Of a stretch of DNA of 64,000 nucleotides, positions 58,039-64,000 are shown piece after piece. Positions within the stretch are counted from its first letter, which is position 1, and the number at the start of each line of letters is the position of its first letter. The stretch covers positions 33,418,001-33,482,000 of the forward strand of contig OZ024747.1 of the NCBI GenBank assembly GCA_964016885.1, written 5' to 3'. The notes beneath the pieces were generated by a model. That model saw only the letters and a list, made by a program, of their open reading frames with translations. It did no database searches and was not told where the DNA came from. Source of the stretch: Eledone cirrhosa (lineage: Eukaryota). The position numbers and the translations under genes were made by a program.

Positions 58039-61000
58039 CCACTTACGCACCTCAATCTGGACTGCCTGGCGTTATAAAAGACAGATTCTATGAGTCGCTA
58101 ATGCTCACTACCTCCCATTAACCAACAGTGACTACATAATTATTGCTGGCAACCTAAATGGTCATGTTGGACAACATTGTGACGGCCATGGAGGCTACGG
58201 GTTCGGTACCAGAAATGATGAAGGCTTCAGAATTCTGGAATTCTGCGACGCAAATAACCTAACTATCTGCAACACAAACTTCAAAAAACGAGACAATCAC
58301 TTGATCACCTATAGATCAGGGAAACATGCCAGTCAGATAGATTATATCCTTACCAGAAGACGTGACAAAGGTTCGGTTGTAAACACTAAATCCCTCCCCC
58401 ACGAAGAATGCACCTCCCAACATAGCCTCATAGTTAGTGACCTCATTGTCAGGACGAGACATACTCGACAACAGAGGAGGACTGCCCTGAGAAGAAGAAT
58501 ATGGAAGTTAAAGGACCCCACAGCCAGTAACAAATTTAAAAGAATACTACTTGATGCTTTTGACAGTAAGGAAGAGCAATTAGAGACATACAGAATAGAG
58601 GAACAGTGGGAATTCTTGAAAGTTAATCTGCTGAAGGCAACAGATGAAACCTGTGGTTGGAGCAGACCTATAGGCAGGAGGAGAGTAACATGGTGGTGGA
58701 ACAGTAAGGTGTAGGAGTCAATCAAGGCCAAGAAGCAAGCTTGGAAAGTATGGCGGCATGGGGGAAGTAGAGAGCACTACAAACGGCGAGGAGGGAATCT
58801 AGGAGACAAGTCTATCTTACAAGAAGGGAAGCAGAGGAAAGAAAGATCAAGCATGTTCTACAACGCGAGGACCAAAAACGTGAGGTGTTCAGGATTGCTA
58901 GACAATGTGTCAAGGAAAATCGTGATATTGTCGGAGAGAAGTGTGTACGTAATGATGATGGTACACTTGCTGTCTCTGATACTGATAAGAAAGTATCTTG
59001 GATGTGTCACTACGAGAGGCTACTAAATGAGGAATGAGGAGAATAAGTGGGAAAAAGATAGTTTGCCCCCAAATCGATCCAATAGAGGGACCAGCAGTGC
59101 AAGTTGAAGGTATTATAATAAGTAAGGCAATCAAAGAGATGAAGACAGGAAAAGCAGCTGGGCCTTCGGAGATAGTTGCTGAAATGCTGAAAGCATCTGG
59201 ATCAGTGGGACACACTATGGTCTCCTGGATAGTAAACCACGTCATACAGAATGGGGTTATACCAAATGACTGGCGTAGCAGCATCATCATTAATTACTAC
59301 AAGGGTAAAGGAGATGCCTTAGAGAGGGGAAGCTATAGAGGCATTAAATTAATTGACCGGGTCATGAAGATCACAGAAAAAGTTATAGTGCAACTAATCA
59401 GAGAGCGAATTGATCTAGATGAAATGCAGTTTGGGTTTGTGTCAGGTAAAAGTACCACAGACGCTCTTTTCCTTCTACGACAACTTCAGGAGAAGTGCCT
59501 AGCTAAAAGTAAACCTCTATACTTAGCTTTTTTTGACTTGGAGAAAGCCTTTGACAGAGTCCCCCGCTCCATTATCTGGTGGGCTCTTAGAAAACCAGGT
59601 ATTGATGAGTGGCTTGTGAGAGCTATACAAGCCATGTATAAAAAAACAGTCAGCAAGGTTAGAATTAACAACGAATATAGTGAAGAGTTCCACGTAAAAG
59701 TCGGTGTTCATCAGGGCTCTGTCCTAGCCCCCTCCTATTTATTATTGCCCTTCAGGCTATAACAGAGCAGTTCAAGACCGGCTGCCCATGGGAACTTCTA
59801 TACGCAGATGATCTAACGCTCATAGCTGAATCAATGGCGGAACTAGAGAAGAAATTCCAAACTTGGAAGCATGGCCTAGAATCAAAAGGCCTTAAAATTA
59901 ACTTGTCTAAGACTAAAGTTCTAGTATGTAGGAAGGAAAATAGGGCACTGGTCCCCTCTGGGAAATGGCCATGCTCAGTGTGTAGGAAAGGAGTAGGCAG
60001 AAACTCCATTTTATGTCCCAAATGCAAAGTATGGGTGCATAAAATATGTAGTGGGATCACAGGTAAACTAACCAAGAACATAGATTTGATATGTGGTCGG
60101 TGCTCAGGTGAAATAAGTAGTAGCAAGTGCCCACAGGATACTAGCTCCTTCCATTGCCCAGATGGTTCTATAGAAATAGTAGGCACCTTCCGTTACCTAG
60201 GTGACAAAATAAGCAGTGGTGGTGGGTGCTCTGAAAGTACATTAGCTAGCGTGAGAACGGGATGGAAAAAGTTCAGAGAACTTATACCACTATTGGCCGC
60301 TAAAGGTGTCCCCCTAAAAATGAAAGGCAGACTGTATGATGCCTGCATACGAACAGCAAAGTTACATGGCAGTGAGACATGGGCATTGTGTGCAGAGGAT
60401 CTGCACAGACTGGAGAGGAACGAAGCTTGCGTGCTCCGTTGGATGTGTAATAGTAATATACGCGAACGGCAAAGCATAAATGAACTAAGTGAGAAATTAG
60501 GAATAAGAAGGATCAGATGCTGTTTACTTGAGAGAAGATTACGTTGGTATGGTCATGTGATGCGCATGAAAGATGATAGCTGTATAAAAACGTGCAGGGC
60601 GATTAAAATAGACGGAAGCTACGGAGTAGTAGACCCAGAAAAACCTGGGACGATTTGATAAATCCTGACCTTACACACTTACACCTCTCCAAGACAATGT
60701 CACTGGACCGAGATCTTTCGCGCCACGCAGTAATACAGAAGAGCCGCCTTGCCTAAGTACAAAGCGAAACCTACAGTCAGTAGGCTCCTCCTAACCAAAA
60801 ATACACCCCCACCCCACTACCCTTACCCCACCTCCATCTACACCTAAAGATATGTCGGTGCCACAACATCCAGTCCTAAATAAATGAGGTCGTGTAGGTG
60901 TCACGACAAAAAAACGCACAGTCCACGCTGTAATGTGGCCGTGTAGGTAACACGGTAAAAAGCTCCCAGTCCACACTGTAAACGTGGTTGGTGTTAGGAA

Positions 61001-61131
61001 GGGCATCCAGCTGTAGAAAACCCGCCAGACAGTCCTATTTGAGCAAGACAACCAATCTTGCCTCACGTGGGACAACTCCCGTCTAAACCCATGCTAGCGT
61101 GGAAGATAGACGTTAAACGACGATGATGATG

Positions 61132-61132
<1 letters not shown>
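58039..61132 (+). mobile_element. 5'-truncated RTE-clade LINE (APE endonuclease part + RT + 3' UTR, (GAT)n tail) inserted in (TA)n
   Basis: YAPQSG, IIAGNLNGHVG, SQIDYIL, SQHSLIV; GKAAGP, YRGIKL, QFGF, DLEKAFDRV, GVHQGSVL, LLYADDL, RRLRWYGHVMR. Several stops and frameshifts. Confidence 0.95.
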
Positions 61133-61196
<64 letters not shown>

Positions 61197-61258
61197 CTGT
61201 AGAGCAAATATTTACTATTAGTACAGATTAAAGTTTAAGCAAAGAATGGGATCTCAGA

Positions 61259-61418
61259 TTTCAATCAAAATGTATTCTGATTTCTTATACACCTTTTTAA
61301 TTCGCTGCTGACCATATTGCTACAATTGGTGACATAACGTGGAATATTCCTGTACAAAATATTCATCAAATAACTAAAAAAAGGGTATATAAGAAATCAG
61401 AATGCATTTTGATTGAAA
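61259..61418. repeat. About 40-bp inverted repeat with 80-bp spacer (MITE-like)
   Basis: TTTCAATCAAAATGTATTCTGATTTCTTATACACC / GGGTATATAAGAAATCAGAATGCATTTTGATTGAAA. Confidence 0.85.
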
Positions 61419-61570
61419 ATAAACAAGCATGAATAATGCCGAATATGTGACAAAGGTGTATGTGAGCAGGACAGTAGGAAATAATGATCAAGTTCATGAG
61501 TGTTGCAAATATTAACTTTCAGTTACTCATCTTGAAGAAGTAAAAGGTCCTTGTTTCGAATAAGAATAAT

Positions 61571-61756
61571 TGTTTCTACTTTTGGCACAAGGCCAGCAAT
61601 TATCCCAGTGCATTACTGGTACTTTATTTTATCGACCCCGTAAGGATGAATGGCAAATTTAACCTCAGCGGGATTCGAACTCAGAATGGCAAGGGCCGTA
61701 ACTCTATGCATCAAAACATGGTGTTTGACCCTCTACCAATACTGCCAATCCACCGC
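61571..61756 (-). mobile_element. Full-length tRNA-type SINE with 11-bp TSD
   Basis: TSD ATAAGAATAAT at 61560-61570 and 61757-61767; B-box GAGTTCGAATCCC on the minus strand. Confidence 0.9.
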
Positions 61757-62084
61757 ATAAGAATAATGCCATGTTGTGGCATATGAAATGTGCCAGCTAG
61801 TGATGTTCTGAGTTGCTGATGGCGATAGGAGAAGGAGTGCTGGACATGTCTCGGCAGGCTAGAAATCTAGCAGCAACTGAACTGTTCGGTGTAAGTTTTC
61901 GGTTTTTTCAATTACAGTTAGAATAGGTCGTAATTCAATGCTTAAAGTTATGGAATATAATGCCCTAACTTGTTCAAGGGTTAAATTTAGTAAAAAGTTA
62001 GTAAAAAGTTTGTGCTAAAGACAAGTAATATTGATGAGTTATATTCGCCATTACTATAGATATATGTAGCTACCATTTCTCTCT

Positions 62085-62385
62085 GTGGGGGTTTGTGACC
62101 AAGTGGTAAGGGGTTGGACTTGCAATCAAAATGTTGTGGGCTATGTGATTGGATTGGTTTGTATGTTGAGTTCATGAGCAAAAACACTTCATTTTACATA
62201 GCTCTCAGTTGCTTAACACTATGGAAACTGGGATAAGCAACAACATGATGAGACTTGAGACAGACTTTAATCTGCGATGCACTGGTGTCTTGTCCAGGGA
62301 AGAGCCATGTACTCTCAGTCACTTCACTCCACAGAAACCAAGATAAGCCATGTCCTGATGATTCTTTCGAGCTAAGACAGCCTTA
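62085..62385 (+). mobile_element. Old tRNA-derived SINE with V-domain-like core
   Basis: A-box-like GTGACCAAGTGGTAAG head. CTGCGATGCACTGGTGTCTTGTCCAGGG resembles the V-SINE core CTGCGATGGACTGGCGACCTGTCCAGGG (from recall). Confidence 0.55.
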
Positions 62386-63090
62386 AGACTTAGATTGCTC
62401 TCACCATATTTCCCATTCTCTCCAATTACTGCCTCTCTTTATCATAATGAGGTTGCAAAAACCTCTCTAGCATTAGTATCTTGATAAAATGCACACAGTA
62501 AAGTTTGTAACTTATAGTAATGATATCTCAATAAACTGCACCTTATACATTCTGTATGTATATGTGTGTGTATGTATATATGTATGTTTGCATATGTGTG
62601 TATGTATGTATGTATGCATATGTGTGTGTGTGTATGTATGTATATACATATGTGTATGCGTGTATGTATGTATCTATATGCGTATGTGTGTGTATGTGTT
62701 TTTGCAAGTCAGATACCATTTTTCACAGAACATTTCAGGAGTTATTTTATAGGGTTATTTCTCAGTATATACATCAAAACCTTGCTATGATGAATATTGG
62801 TGTACCTAATACATAATATTTATATACATGGTGTTATAAACTTCCCTGCTATGCTACAGGATTATTCAATTATATTGTAGAGAGGTAATAGTGTAATTAA
62901 TAAATCAGATAAAAAACTAAACTAAAATATATAATTTAGAAAAGGAGTTGGTGTTAGATGTTCTATAGAATAATTGGTAATATGTACACCAATCAAGACT
63001 TATGAGACACACTTTCAACATATCTTGGCGACAGAGAGTCACAAGTGGAGAACTCTAGTTCTCCCATGCTGGATATTGTTCATCTTAGAA

Positions 63091-63413
63091 CAGGGGTCCC
63101 CAACCTTTTGGGTCCCCGGGCCGGATAGCCATGCAGCGGTGGCTCCACGGGCCGGATGCAAAATTAATACTACTTATACACAAATAAGTAATCATTTATT
63201 TATCCCTTATGTTAGATTTGAAACAAAATTCAATATTGATACTTAGAGCTGTTCCAAGCAGAAAAATACATTTAAACATTGTTTTATTCGGCAATATCGA
63301 TAGATTGGGTGCGAATTTATTGCAAAACTGTACCCTTTTTAGAACCCTCACAGGCAGGATAAAGGCCTACGTCGGCTGGATGTGGCCCACGGACTGGCGG
63401 TTGGGAACCCCTG
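63091..63413. mobile_element. hAT (Charlie-like) MITE with 8-bp TSD
   Basis: TIRs CAGGGGTCCCCAACC / GGTTGGGAACCCCTG; TSD TCTTAGAA at 63083-63090 and 63414-63421. Confidence 0.93.
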
Positions 63414-64000
63414 TCTTAGAAGGATACATTGTGCGGGACATTGTTACAGGGCAAAAACTAATGTGTCAGCTGTGTTCTTTTATGAAAACCTGTGCACAGT
63501 CATAGAAGTAGAGCTCACTCTGAAACAACATATCTAGATATGCTATATGCTGACACAGGAGGAAATTTAATGGATTTTGGAGTGATAATGCTAGATCGAG
63601 AAAAAATGGAAAGAGTACTGTTCATTGGATCAAGGAAACTCGACTTATGAGTGAGTGACATCAATCAAGAAGCTGGTACATTGTTCAAATCGTACCAAGA
63701 GATTTTGTCTTTTCTGTCTTAATTTTGTCCTTAGAATGTTTGATATCAAATGCAGAAGAGAGGCTGTCATGTTTTTTAAATAACCGAGGATCCTCTCAGC
63801 CCTTCGTTTGAGAAGCTTTCTACATTTGGATGCCCCTCCTATTCTAATATCATCTAGATTATAAGGAAATAAACGTTATTCATACATTACACCATCTACC
63901 TATTACCAAACTTGAGAAGATGATGTGTAATCACTCCCCGCCCATATATATGTGTGTGTGTGTAGTAGTAGTATTAGTATTAATAGGTAGGTAAACATAT

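Noticed and set aside
58301-60658. Intact autonomous RTE ORF2
   Set aside because: 5'-truncated, with stops (e.g. ~58712) and frameshifts; reported as a decayed mobile element.
62350-62385. CTGATGA as another hammerhead
   Set aside because: No GAAA after stem II; it lies in the SINE tail.
63559-63656. Possible host exon (CAG acceptor, GTGAGT donor)
   Set aside because: Weak polypyrimidine tract, a stop just before the donor in the longest frame, and no recognisable protein.

Overview
Eukaryotic, AT-rich, repeat-dominated DNA with no recognisable host gene. The SINE/RTE/Penelope inventory and (TA)n/(TG)n density resemble a mollusc, most likely an octopus (inference, not verified). Bases 1-37895 are one uninterrupted satellite array with a 48-bp monomer (AACAACCATAACAGAAATAACACTAACAACGTTAACAACAATACATGT, roughly 800 copies). 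It has nested higher-order periods (180, 336, 1271, 2302, ~4.5-5.0 kb, 5448, ~9.4 kb), and all long ORFs there are repeat artefacts. Bases 37896-64000 are a transposon graveyard: a deleted mariner, two Penelope-like retroelements (RT + GIY-YIG), three RTE-type LINE remnants, a non-autonomous Helitron, tRNA-type SINEs and hAT/mariner MITEs. The least explained signals are in this flank. About nine type I hammerhead ribozyme motifs lie within 19 kb, mostly in small modules bounded by (TA)n. One is a 540-bp fold-back with two identical hammerheads in opposite polarity. Another is a twin-hairpin + hammerhead module whose two hairpins share an apex and show arm-mirrored substitutions. All calls are by eye; no database search or folding computation was run.
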